From NCBI GenBank assembly GCA_043228905.1, contig JBHGNT010000008.1, positions 19,654,001-19,718,000 on the forward strand: a stretch of DNA of 64,000 bases. The letters are read 5' to 3'. The notes beneath the pieces are model-generated. The model ran no database searches. It was not told where the DNA came from and saw only the letters and a program-made list of their open reading frames with translations. This document shows, piece after piece, positions 1 to 11,138 of the stretch. The translations under genes were made by a program, and so were the position numbers. Origin of the DNA: Azolla caroliniana. Its lineage: Eukaryota; Plantae; Polypodiophyta. Within the stretch, counting starts at the first letter, position 1. Each line of letters opens with the position of its first letter.

Positions 1-844
1 CATGTCCCTCCGGATGGGAAGGGAGAAGAACAATGCCGATGAACAAAGGCCGAGGCCGAAATCGGACCAGGAGTACCCGGCTACGGAGGACCGGATGGTG
101 AAGATCCGGTGAGAACCGGATGAGGAGTACCCGACTACGGAGAGCCGGATGGTGCAGACATGGTGAGAACCGGATGAGGAGTACCTAGCTACGGAGAGCC
201 GGATGGTGCAGACCCGGTGAGAACCGGATGAGGAGTACCCGGCTACAGAGAGCCGGATGGTGTAGACCCGGTGAGAACCGGATGAGGAGTACCCGGCTAC
301 GGAGAGCCGGATGGTGTAGACCCGGTGAGAACCGGATGAGGAGTACCCGGCTACGGAGAGCCGGATGTTGTAGACCCGGTGAGAACCGGATGAAGAGACA
401 TATTCGTAAATATGTTTCTGAGAGTCCATCGTGGCTATATTTGTAAATAGCCGAAAAGTCATATTAGTATAAATATGACTTAGGGCAAACTTTTAACTAT
501 TGTTGTCATTTCTTGTTGGTGCAAGAAAAGAGAGAGTGCGTAACTGTGTACAGAGAGAGAGAGAGAGGAAGAGGTCGTTGCCTCTGTTGTAACCGCCGCC
601 TGTGGCGAAGATCGTGAGCACGAGGTCGTTGCCTCCGTGAACTCACTGTTGTACATTCTTGGATAGTGATAGTTTGCAGCCTGTGGGTTGCCGTGGTTTT
701 TTTCCCTAGTTTGGGTTTTCCACGTAAACATCCTGTGTACTCTTCTCTTGTTTGTGTCGTGTTTTCCGTTTCCCGTTTTCTGTGTATGATTCTAAGCTCG
801 GTTGTGGCTGAGCATTGTGCATAAGGAGCGTTGAGTTCCCATCA
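1..844 (+). repeat. Copia-1 LTR copy (about 10 bp missing at window edge); probably the 3' LTR of an upstream tandem copy
   Basis: Near-identical to 5537-6328; ends ...GTTCCCATCA; followed by the same 421-bp flank as the 3' LTR at 6328. Confidence 0.9.
71..392 (+). repeat. 54-bp tandem repeat inside Copia-1 LTR (6 units here, 5 units at about 5607-5874)
   Basis: GAGAACCGGA recurs at 111, 165, 219, 273, 327, 381 and at 5647, 5701, 5755, 5809, 5863. Confidence 0.95.
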
Positions 845-1265
845 AAAATGTCCATGTAAGGGTCGGCGATGTCGAGATAGACCAACAATTCTTTGTGCAA
901 GAAACATCCTCCCATCCGGTCATCCTCGGTGAACCCTACATCACAGCGGCTCGAATGGAGACCAAGGTGCTGGACAACGGCTCGACATACACGAGGGTGA
1001 AGAGCTAGGATGGACGCCACTCTGTCCAAATTTTGACTGTTCGGCCAAACCACGAGCGTATTAGGGATACTCTCGGCAACAATGGCCGAGATGATTTTTG
1101 AAGAGGGCTTTCAAGCTCTGGGGCTGTAATAGTTTGAACAACCGGAACAAACCCCTCACATGTACCAACGGAGGTTGTACTATAGTTGGGACAAGAAGAG
1201 AGTTGAAGCACGCTTGAAGGCGTGTGGAGCCTTGGGGCCCGACGAGGATATTGGAGACGCCATGG
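845..1265 (+). pseudogene. Duplicated fragment of Gypsy-A protease C-terminus and pol start
   Basis: Near-identical to 6329-6749; translates NVHVRVGDVEIDQQFFVQETSSHPVILGEPYITAARMETK, homologous to ORF 36889-37434. Confidence 0.9.
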
Positions 1266-1465
1266 GGGCCCGACGAGGATATTAGTGATAGTTTGCAGCC
1301 TGTGGGCTGCCGTGGTTTTTTTCCCTAGTTTGGGTTTTCCACGTAAACATCCTGTGTACTCTTCTCTTGTTTGTGTCGTGTTTTCCATTTCCCGTTTTCT
1401 GTGTACGATTCTAAGCTCGGTTGTGGCTGATCGTTGTGCATAAGGAGCGTTGAGTTCCCGTCAAG

Positions 1466-1477
1466 TGGTATCAGAGC
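1466..1477 (+). other. PBS, tRNA-iMet
   Basis: TGGTATCAGAGC 2 nt after LTR end. Confidence 0.95.
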
Positions 1478-1492
1478 GAAACGACACAGAAA

Positions 1493-4400
1493 ATGGACGA
1501 ATCATTTGGCGGCATGTTCAAGCTCACCGGCTCCAACTATTCAGTGTCGAAGTCGAAGATGAGGGACATGCTCGTGGTTAAAGACCTCTGGCTGCCGGTT
1601 CAGTTCGGGGACAAGAGACCAGACAAAATCGACGCCGTGATATGGGAGGTGATGCACATGAAGACAACGGCGTACATACGGTGCTTCATCGACATGAGCC
1701 TGTACAACAACTTCAATGAGGAGAGCAAGGCTCATGAGCTCTGGGAGAAGATCGGCATAATGTTTCAAAACAAAAATGCTGTTAATGAGGTTTCGGTATT
1801 CCAGAAGCTAGTAAGACTCCGGTACCAAGATGGCTCCAGCATGGCGGAGCACATGAATGCCTTCCAGGGGCTAATACACCAGGAAACATCATTGGAAGTA
1901 CCTCTCGCCGACGAGGTACTAGCGCTACTCCTGCTCGGTTCCCTCCCGGATAGCTGGGAGACGTTGGTTGTCACTTTGGGCAATGCTGGGCCGGAAGGAA
2001 AGCGGTTATCCCTAGCAAGAGTAAAGTCGAGCTCCGACTCCAAAGCGTCAGAAAGATAAAGATACGAGCTCCGACTCCAAAGCGCTCCTTACCGAATCGG
2101 AACGCGGAAGACATAGAAACCGTAGTCCCTAGAACTGGGAGAAGTCAGGGACACGGTCAAAGTAAAGGGGGAGGCCCACTTGCTTCTATTGCGGCAAGCC
2201 GGAACACTTCCAAAAGAACTGTTGGCATTTCCGTAAAGAAAAGGAAACCGACGGTACCGATTTGAAGCGGACCACGGACCGGAACGGTAAAGACCGGAGG
2301 GGAACGTACCGAAAGGCAACGACGGCAATCGCGGCATGTGAAGAAGAGTTGATGCTCATCACCGAGGAGAGTGAGATAAACCTTGCCGGCGACGAGATGA
2401 CCTGGGTGGTAGACTCCGGAGCATCGTTCCACCTTACCCTGGACCGGAAATGCTTCTCATCCTACTCAGCCGGTGATCACGACTATGTCTGGATGGGGAA
2501 TGAAGGTACATGCCGAATTGTCGGCATAGGAGACGTGTGGCTGTCAACACCAACCGGATGCAAGTTGCAGCTGAAGGATGTCCGACACGTTCCGGAGGTT
2601 CGTCTGAACCTGATATCAGCCGGTCGGCTAGATGATGAAGGCTACACGGGTAGCATCCGGAACGGTGTCATGAAGTTCAGCAAAGGGAGCCTGATTGTGG
2701 CTCAGGCCCGGAAGGTCAACACACTGTACCTGATGAATGCCCGGTTATGTCTGGAAGAAGTGAACATGGCATCCGACACTGTCGGTGAGCTGTGGCACAA
2801 GAGAATGTGTCATATGAGCGAGAAGGGGATGAAGAGGCTTGCAGACGACAACCTCATTCCAGTGAAGAAGTGCACTGATTGTCTGGCCGGTAAGCAAAAC
2901 CGGACCTCCTTCCGACCAAGGCCACCGATGAGACGTAATGCACCACTGGAGTTGGTGCATACGGATGTGTGTCAAGTAGACACGAAGTCACATGCCGGAG
3001 CGCAGTACTTCGTGAGGTTCATAGATGACCACAGCCGGAAGTTGTGGTCCACACCGTTGAAGACAAAGGATCAGGTGCTATCCGTCTTCAAAGAACTCCA
3101 CGCGAGAGTGGAAAGAGAAACCGGCCGGAAGCTGAAGGTTGTTCGAGTAGATAACGGAGGAGAATACCGGGGGTAGTTCGAGGAGTACTACCGCTCAAAG
3201 GGAATCCGGCTTGAATTTACCGTGCCGAAGACGTCGGAACTAAACAGACTGGCCGAGAGGATGAACCGGAACATAATGGAGACGGTCCGGAGTATGCTAG
3301 CGCATGAAAAACTACCCAAGAAGTTTTGGGCTGAGGCACTGTCGGTGACATAAGTGATAAATAGATCACCCTCAGTACCCTTGGACGGAGACACGCCACA
3401 GAGAGTGTGGACCGGTAAGGAAGTATCCTACTGGCATCTGAAGGTGTTCGGGTGTCTCGCGTACGTGCATGTAGCTAAGGACCGGAGAGGAAAGTTAGAT
3501 CCAAAGACCCGGCCATGCATATTCCTCGGTTACGGTGACGATGAGTTCGGCTACCGAGTGTGGGACCCGGTCGACAAGAAGGTATTCCGGAGTCGAGATA
3601 TTATCTTCATGGAGGACAAGACGCTTGCCGACTGGGAGTCGGAGAAGAAGATAATGAACTCCGAGTTGACCGGTAAGGATCGACTCTACGATGAGCAGAC
3701 CCAACCGGCAAGAGACCGGTTAGCACTCGAAGAACCAGCCGGATACGGTGAGGATACCGAACAGGCTGAAGAAGAAGTAGAGGAAGCCGAAACCGGAACC
3801 GGCCAAGACCCCGAATCGGATTCGCATGAAAAGCAAATGGAGGAGCCGGTTACCGAAGCCCGAAGACGGAGATATCCTCTCAGAGAGAGAAGGCCCCCCC
3901 GGAGATTTCCGGATGCAGAGCATGTTCTGCTGACCGATGAAGGGGAGCCGGAAAACTTCGAAGAAGCGAAGGATGACACCCACAACCGCAAATGGTTAAG
4001 TGCCATGCAGGATGAGATGGATTCCCTGCAGGAGAACCATACGTACGAATTGGTGGAGTTGCCGAAAGGAAAGCGGGCACTCCGTGACAAGTGGGTGTAC
4101 AAGTTGAAACCGGGAGATGCCGGCAACCCCCCGAGATACAAAGCCAGGATCGTGGTGAAGGGGTTCCAGCAGAAGAAGGGCGTGGACTTCGACGAGATAT
4201 TTGCCCCGGTAGTAAAGATGACCTCCATCCGGACGGTGCTGAGTATAGCGGCAAGCATGGACCTCAAGGTAGAACAGTTGGACGTGAAGACGACATTCCT
4301 TCACGGAGACCTCGAAGAGGAGATCTACATGCAGCAACCGGAGGGATTTGTGGAGAAAGGGAAGGAGCACCTGGTATGCCAGTTGAAGAAGAGCCTCTAC

Positions 4401-5516
4401 GGGTTGAAGCAGGCCCCCCGACAATGGTACCGGAAGTTTGACTCCTTCATGACCGATCAAGGGTACCACAAGACGCAGGCCGATCACTGCGTGTTTGTGA
4501 AGAAGTTCGAAGGAGGCGACTTCCTAATACTCCTTTTGTACGTGGATGACATGTTGATCGTTGGACGGGACCAAGTCAAAATATGGATGCTGAAGAAGGC
4601 CCTCAACCGGACCTTCTCAATGAAAGACTTGCGTCCGGCAAGACAGATGCTGGGGATGCATATTATCCAGAACCGGTCAGCGAAGCAATTATGGTTGTCA
4701 TAGGAGAAGTACGTGACAAAGGTGCTTCACCGGTTCAACATGTCAGATGCGAAACTGGTCGGATCGACACTTCCGGCAAACTGCAGGTTATCCGGTAAGC
4801 AAAGCCCGAAGACGAAAGCAGAGAAGGCGGATATGATGAAGATTCCATATGCCTCTACCGTCGGGAGCTTAATGTATGCAATGGTTTGTACCCGACCGGA
4901 TATAGGATACGCAGTGGGAGTGGTGAGCCGGTTCATGAGCAATCCCGGCAAGGAGCACTGGAACGCGGTCAAATGGATACTCCGGTATTTAAAGGGCACT
5001 CCAAATATGTGTCTCCGATTCGCCTCCGAAAAACCTCAACTGGACGGCTTCACCGATTCGGACATGTCGGTTGATGTGGATACCAGCCAGTCTACATCCG
5101 GGTATGTAATGACATATGCAGGGGGAGCTGTTTCGTGGCAGTCGAGGCTGCAGAAGAAGGTTGCATTGTCAACCACGGAGGCGGAGTACATGGCAGTTGT
5201 GGAAGCCGGCAAGGAAATATTATGGATGAAGGATTTCATCGGAGAGTTCGGTATTCGGCAAGATGAATACCGACTCTATTGCGACAGTCAAAGTGCCATC
5301 CACCTTGCTAAGAATGCGGCCTACCATTCCTGGACGAAGCATATGCAGCAAAGATATCACTGGATCCGGGAAAGAGTAGATGAGCAGGAGTTCGCACTGA
5401 CAAAGATCCACACGACCGAGAACGGGTCAGATATGTTGACCAAAGTGCTGATACCCGACAAGCTGGACGCATGCCGGAAGAGAATCGGACTGGTAAGACA
5501 CCCCATGCTGGAGTGA
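1493..5516 (+). pseudogene. gag-pol: Copia-1 gag-pol polyprotein, disrupted by frameshifts and stops
   Basis: Protease WVVDSGASFH, GAG-pre-integrase LWHKRMCH, integrase LVHTDVC/DNGGEY, RT YKARIVVKGF/LYVDDMLI, RNase H DSQSAIHLAKN; split across ORFs 1493-2059, 2262-3176, 3354-4703, 4713-5516. Confidence 0.95.
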
Positions 5517-5526
5517 AGGGGGAGTT

Positions 5527-6328
5527 TGTTGGGAGACAGGTCCCTCCAGATGGGAAGGGAGAAGAACAATGCCGATGAACAAAGGCCGAGGCCGAAATCG
5601 GACCAGGAGTACCCGACTACGGAGGACCGGATGGTGCAGACCCGGTGAGAACCGGATGAGGAGTACCCGGCTACAGAGAGCCGGATGGTGCAGACCCGGT
5701 GAGAACCGGATGAGGAGTACCCGGCTACGGAGAGCTGGATGGTGCAGACCCGGTGAGAACCGGATGAGGAGTACCCGACTACGGAGAGCCGAATGGTGCA
5801 GACCCGGTGAGAACCGGATGAGGAGTACCCGGCTATGGAGAGCCGGATGTTGCAGACCCGGTGAGAACCGGATGAAGAGACATATTCGTAAATATGTTTC
5901 TGAGAGTCCATCGTGACTATATTTGTAAATAGCCGAAAAGTCATATTAGTATAAATATGACTTAGGCCAAACTTTTAACTATTGTTGTCATTTCTTGTTG
6001 GTGCAAGAAAAGAGAGAGTGCGTAATTGTGTACAGAGAGAGAGAGAGAGAGAAAGAGGTCGTTGCCTCTATTGTAACCGCCGCCTGTGGCGAAGATGGTG
6101 AGCACAAGGTCGTTGCCTCCGTGAACTCACTGTTGTACATTCTAGCATAGTGATAGTTTGCAGCCTGTGGGTTGCCGTGGTTTTTTTCCCTAGTTTGGGT
6201 TTTCCACGTAAACATCCTGTGTACTCTTCTCTTGTTTGTGTCGTGTTTTCCGTTTCCCGTTTTCTGTGTATGATTCTAAGCTCGGTTGTGGCTGAGCATT
6301 GTGCATAAGGAGCGTTGAGTTCCCATCA
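5527..6328 (+). repeat. Copia-1 3' LTR
   Basis: Starts TGTTGGGAG right after PPT, ends CCCATCA. Confidence 0.95.
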
Positions 6329-7501
6329 AAAATGTCCATGTAAGGGTCGGCGATGTTGAGATAGACCAACAATTCTTTGTGCAAGAAACATCCTCCCATC
6401 CGGTCATCCTCGGTGAACCCTACATCACAGCGGCTCGAATGGAGACCAAGGTGCTGGACAACGGCTCGACATACACGAGGGTGAAGAGCTAGGATGGACG
6501 CCACTCTGTCCAAATTTTGACTGTTCGGCCAAACCACGAGCGTATTAGGGATACTCTCGGCAACAATGGCCGAGATGATTTTTGAAGAGGGCTTTCAAGC
6601 TCTGGGGCTGTAATAGTTTGAACAACCGGAACAAACCCCTCACATGTACCAACGGAGGTTGTACTATAGTTGGGACAAGAAGAGAGTTGAAGCACGCTTG
6701 AAGGCGTGTGGAGCCTTGGGGCCCGACGAGGATATTGGAGACGCCATGGAGGCGGTTTCATTCGATGACACCCTTGGGGAGATCGAGAGGGTAGTCGAGG
6801 AGGATCTGAGTGAAGACCAGGTCATACCTGTCAAGTCAGTTGAGATGTACGAAGTCATCGCAGACTTCAAGAGGAAGATCGGGGCGGACCGTACCGCCCG
6901 CATGGAAACAAAGTACAAGACTTTGGACCGGAAGGTGAGGCCAGTTGCGGCTCCCTTACCTTAGGACAACTTGGAGCGAATGAAAGGGGTCACTACCGAC
7001 CCAAGTTTATGAGATCCGGTTGGCATAGGACACCGGTTCACCGACAAGACGCTACGAGAGCTGAAGATCGGTAGGGGTGGCCTCCTACTGCCGGTGGAAG
7101 AGGATCTATTTCAGAGAATGCTCGAGGGGCACAGGAAAGCCTTTGCATTCTCACCTGGGGAAATCGGGTGTGTCGACCTAACTATTGTAGAACCAATGGT
7201 GATCTTCATGGTACCGCATATGTCGTGGAGTCTCAAGCCCATTCCGGTACCAAGGGCTCACATCCCAAAATTCATGGAGATACTTAAGCAGAAAGTGGAG
7301 ATGGGTATCCTTGAACCATCGAGTGCCCCTTATTCAAATTGGTGGTTAACGGTGCCAAAGAAGAACGGCTCACTGCGGTCATTCAGGACCTGCAACCGGT
7401 CAACAAGGTGACCATTCGAAATGCAAGAGATGGACCGACGATTGACGAGTTCGCGGAGGCCTTCACCAGAAGGTCCATATACTCAGTCGGAGACTTATAC
7501 T
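6329..7501 (+). pseudogene. pol: Gypsy-A protease end and RT N-terminus (host of Copia-1 and Copia-2)
   Basis: KYKTLDRKVRPVA, EPMVIFMVPH, GILEPSSAPYSN, homologous to ORF 37473-39701; reading resumes at 17138. Confidence 0.9.
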
Positions 7502-10500
7502 AGTGCGGAAATAATGCTCAGCCACAACCGAGTCTTCAAGAAGGAATAGAAGAGAACAAACTAAAACAGAGATGACATAGAATGTTAACTTGGAAAACCC
7601 TAAATGGGAAAAACCACAGGAGCCCATAGACTCCAACCATCACTATGAGAGGAGTAATAAAATGTGAGACTCAGAGACACCGACCTCGAGCTTTATGTCT
7701 TTGCCAGACTGGCGGTTACAACAGAAAACTAGTTTTGTATCTCTCTATCTCTCTGTCTCTGTCTATATAACAATATACAACAACACCATATCACCTTAAG
7801 TGATTGCCCTAATTCATATTTATACTTATATGACTTTTGGGCTATTTACAAATATAACCTCAATAGGCTAACCATGAAAAATATTTACACATATGTCCTT
7901 GGATCCGGTTTGCACCGGATCCATCCGAATTCACTCGATTTGGTTTTTGGGTCTCATCTAGAACCCTTCCGGATCTGGTTCCTTCATTCGACTCATCCAA
8001 TCTGGCTTCTCCGGTTCTCATCCAAATCCCATCTAGAGGGACTGAATAACAAACTCCCCCTTTACTTCGGCATGGGATTTCTCGCTAATTCGATCCGTTT
8101 CCGGCATGTGTCTAGTTTGTTAGCTGATAGCACCTTGGTCAGCATATCCGGTTCATTCTCCTTCGTGTGGATCTTTGTCAACACGAAGTCTTGATCGTCT
8201 ACACTCTCCCAGATCCTGTGATACCTCTGCTGGATGTGCTTCGTCCGGGAATGGTAGGCCGCATTCTTCGCAAGGTGGATGACACTTTGACTGTCACAGT
8301 AGAGCTGGAACTCCTCTTGCCGGATCCCTAGCTCTTCGATGAGGTTCTTCATCCAGATTATGTCTTTGCCAGCTTCCACAGCTGCCATATACTCCGCTTC
8401 TGTTGTTGATAGGGCAACGGACTTCGGCAGCCTCGACTACCATGATACAACCTCGGCATAAGTCATGACATATTTGAATGTAGACTGGTTGGTATCCGCA
8501 TCAGACGACATATCTGAATCCATGAATGCGTCAAGTTGGGGTTTACCATCGCTGAATTAGAGGCACATACTCGAGGTGCCTTTTAAATACCGGAGTATCC
8601 ACTTGGCCGCATTCTAGTGCTCTTTTCCGGGATTGCTCATGGACCGACTCACCACTGCGATTGCATATCCGATATCTGGCCGGGTGGACACCATTGCATA
8701 AATTAGACTTCCGATAGTAGAGGCATATGGTACCTTCGTGATATCCTTCTTCTCTGCCTTCATCTTCGGGCTTTGTTTTCCAAATAGCTTGCAGTTTGCC
8801 AGCAGTGTAGATCCAACCGGTTTTGCCTCCGACATGTTGAACTGTTGAAGCACCTTTGTCACGTACTTCTCCTGTGACAACCACAACAACTTCTTCGACC
8901 GGTCCCAGATGATGTGCATCCCCAAAATTTGTCTCGCCGAACCCAAGTCTTTCATTGAGAACGTTTGGTTTAGGGCCTTCTTCAACATTCGTATCTTGAC
9001 TTGGTCTCGTCTGACGATCAACATGTCGTGCACGGACAAGAGGAATATCAGGAAATCTCCTCCATCAAATTTCCTCACAAACACGTAATGATCAACTTGT
9101 GTCTTGTGGTACCCTTGATCCTTCATGAAGGAGTCGAACTTCTAGTACCATTGTAGGGGGGCTTGCTTCAATCCATATAACCTCTTCTTTAGTCAGCATA
9201 CCAGGTGCTCTTTGCCTTTCCTCTCAAATCCTTCCAGTTGATGCATGTAGATCTCTTCTTCGAGGTCGTCATCCAGGAATGCCGTCTTGATCTCCAGTTG
9301 CTCTACGTCGAGGTCCATGCTTGCCGCTATGCTCAATACCGTCCAGATGGATGTCATCTTTACAGTCGGGGAAAAGATCTCATCGAAATCCACACCTTTC
9401 TTCTACTGGAAACCCTTCAGCACGATCCGGGCCTTGTACCTCAGTGTATTTCCGGTGTCTCCCAGTTTCAGCTTGTACACCCACTTATTTTGGAGTTCTC
9501 TCTTTCCTTTCGGCAGCTCTGTCAATTCATATGTGTGATTCTCATGCAGGGATTCCATCTCATCCTGCATGGCAGTTAACCACTTGCGGTTGTGGGTGTC
9601 TTTCATTGCTTCTTTGAAGCTTTCCGGCTCCCCCTCATCAGTCAGCAATACATGTTCTGCATCCGGAAATCTCGGAGGGGCTCTTCTCTCTTTGACAGGG
9701 TATCTTTGTCCTTGGTTTCTGACTACCAGTTCCTCCATTTGTTCCTCATCCTCATTTGATTCGGAATCTTGTCTGGTTTCGGTGTCTTCTTCTTCTTCTT
9801 CTTCTTCACTCGATTCGGTTTCTTGTCCAAATACGGTTAGTTCGTCGAGTGTTATCCGGTTCCTAGCTAACATTCGGTTTTCAACCGGGTAAGTCCTTGT
9901 GTCCTCAAGCCGGTTTTCATTGGATGATCCAGAGTTCATCACCTTCTTCTCCAACTCCCAGTCGGCAATGCTCCTATCTTCCATGAAGACTATGTCCTGA
10001 CTCTGGAACAACTTCTTGTCGACCAGATCCCACACCCGGTAACCGAACACATCATTGCCGTATCCAAGGAAAATACAGGGCCGGGATTTCAGATCGAGCT
10101 TTGCTCTCTTGTCCTTTGCAACATGCACATGTGCGAGATAACCAAACACCTTCAGATGCCGCTAAGAAACGTCTTTACCGGTCCATACTCTTTGTGGTGT
10201 GTCTCCTTCCAAGGGTACCCAGGGTGACTTGTTAATCACGTACCTTGCCGTCATTAGCGCCTCAGCCCAAAACGTCTTGGGTAACTTTGCATGTGCTAGC
10301 ATGCTTCAGACTCTCTCCATTATGGTCTGGTTCATCCATTCGGCCAACCCAGATTCCCTTTGATAGGTAGTACTCCTCGAACTATCACCAATACTCTCCT
10401 CTATTATCTACTTGAACCGCTTTCAGCTTCCATCCAGTTTCCCTTTCCACTCTCACGTGGAGCTCCTTGAAGATGGACATCACCTGATCCTTCTTCTTCA

Positions 10501-11138
10501 ATGGTGAGACCCACAACTTCCAGTTGTGGTCGTCTATGAACGTCATGAAGTATTGTGATCCGGAATGTGACTTCGTGTCCACTTGGCACACATCGGTATG
10601 CACCAAATCCAATGGTGCATTCCGTCTCATCGGTGGTCTTGACTGGAAGGAGGTTCAGTTTTGCTTGCCGGCCAAACAATCGGTGCACTTCTCAAGATGC
10701 ACGTTTTTCACCTCTGGAATGAGGTTGTCTTCGGCAAATCTTCTCATCCTCTTCTCGCTCATATGACACAATCTCTTGTGCCACAACTCACTGGCAGTGT
10801 CGGATGCTACATTCATTTCTTCCCGGCATATCCGGGCATGCATCAGGTACAATGCGTTGATCTTCCGGGCTTGAGCCACAATCAAGCTTCCCTTGTGTTA
10901 TCAGTTTTAGGGTTAGGGTTAGGGTTAATATTTATGATAATGATGATGATTGGTGATAAAGATAAACATTGTGTAATAGTGAAGATGATGAATGGTATGA
11001 TGGTGAGAGAGATCATGAAGAACTAGACAAGCATTGAGGGGTGGGGGGTGGTGCCTAGAATGGCTCCACCCCCCTCCCAAGGGGGTTTAACGTAAGGGAA
11101 GAGAGAGAGAGAGAGAGAGAAAGAGAGATGACAAGAGA

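Larger units (their letters stand above)
1283..6328 (+). mobile_element. Ty1/copia LTR retrotransposon Copia-1 (Tnt1/Tork-like), 5' LTR truncated to its last ~180 bp
   Basis: Partial 5' LTR 1283-1463, PBS TGGTATCAGAGC 1466-1477, gag-PR-INT-RT-RH order, PPT GAAGGGGGAG 5515-5524, 3' LTR 5527-6328 (TG..CA). Confidence 0.95.

Noticed and set aside
71-392. Regularly spaced repeats resembling a CRISPR array
   Set aside because: Units are contiguous tandem copies with no unique spacers and no cas genes; eukaryotic LTR context.
228-446. Repeat-protein ORFs (MRSTRLRRAGWCRPGENR)n, also 5569-5916 and antisense 5357-5944
   Set aside because: By-product of a 54-bp (multiple of 3) tandem repeat in the LTR; no evidence of coding function.
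1-1463. A single 1.46-kb 5' LTR for Copia-1
   Set aside because: 845-1265 is host Gypsy-A coding sequence, and the 3' LTR ends at 6328 with CA; duplication explains the structure better.
3686-4487. Long antisense ORFs over retroelement pol regions (here and throughout)
   Set aside because: Shadow frames of GC-rich coding sequence with no independent motifs.
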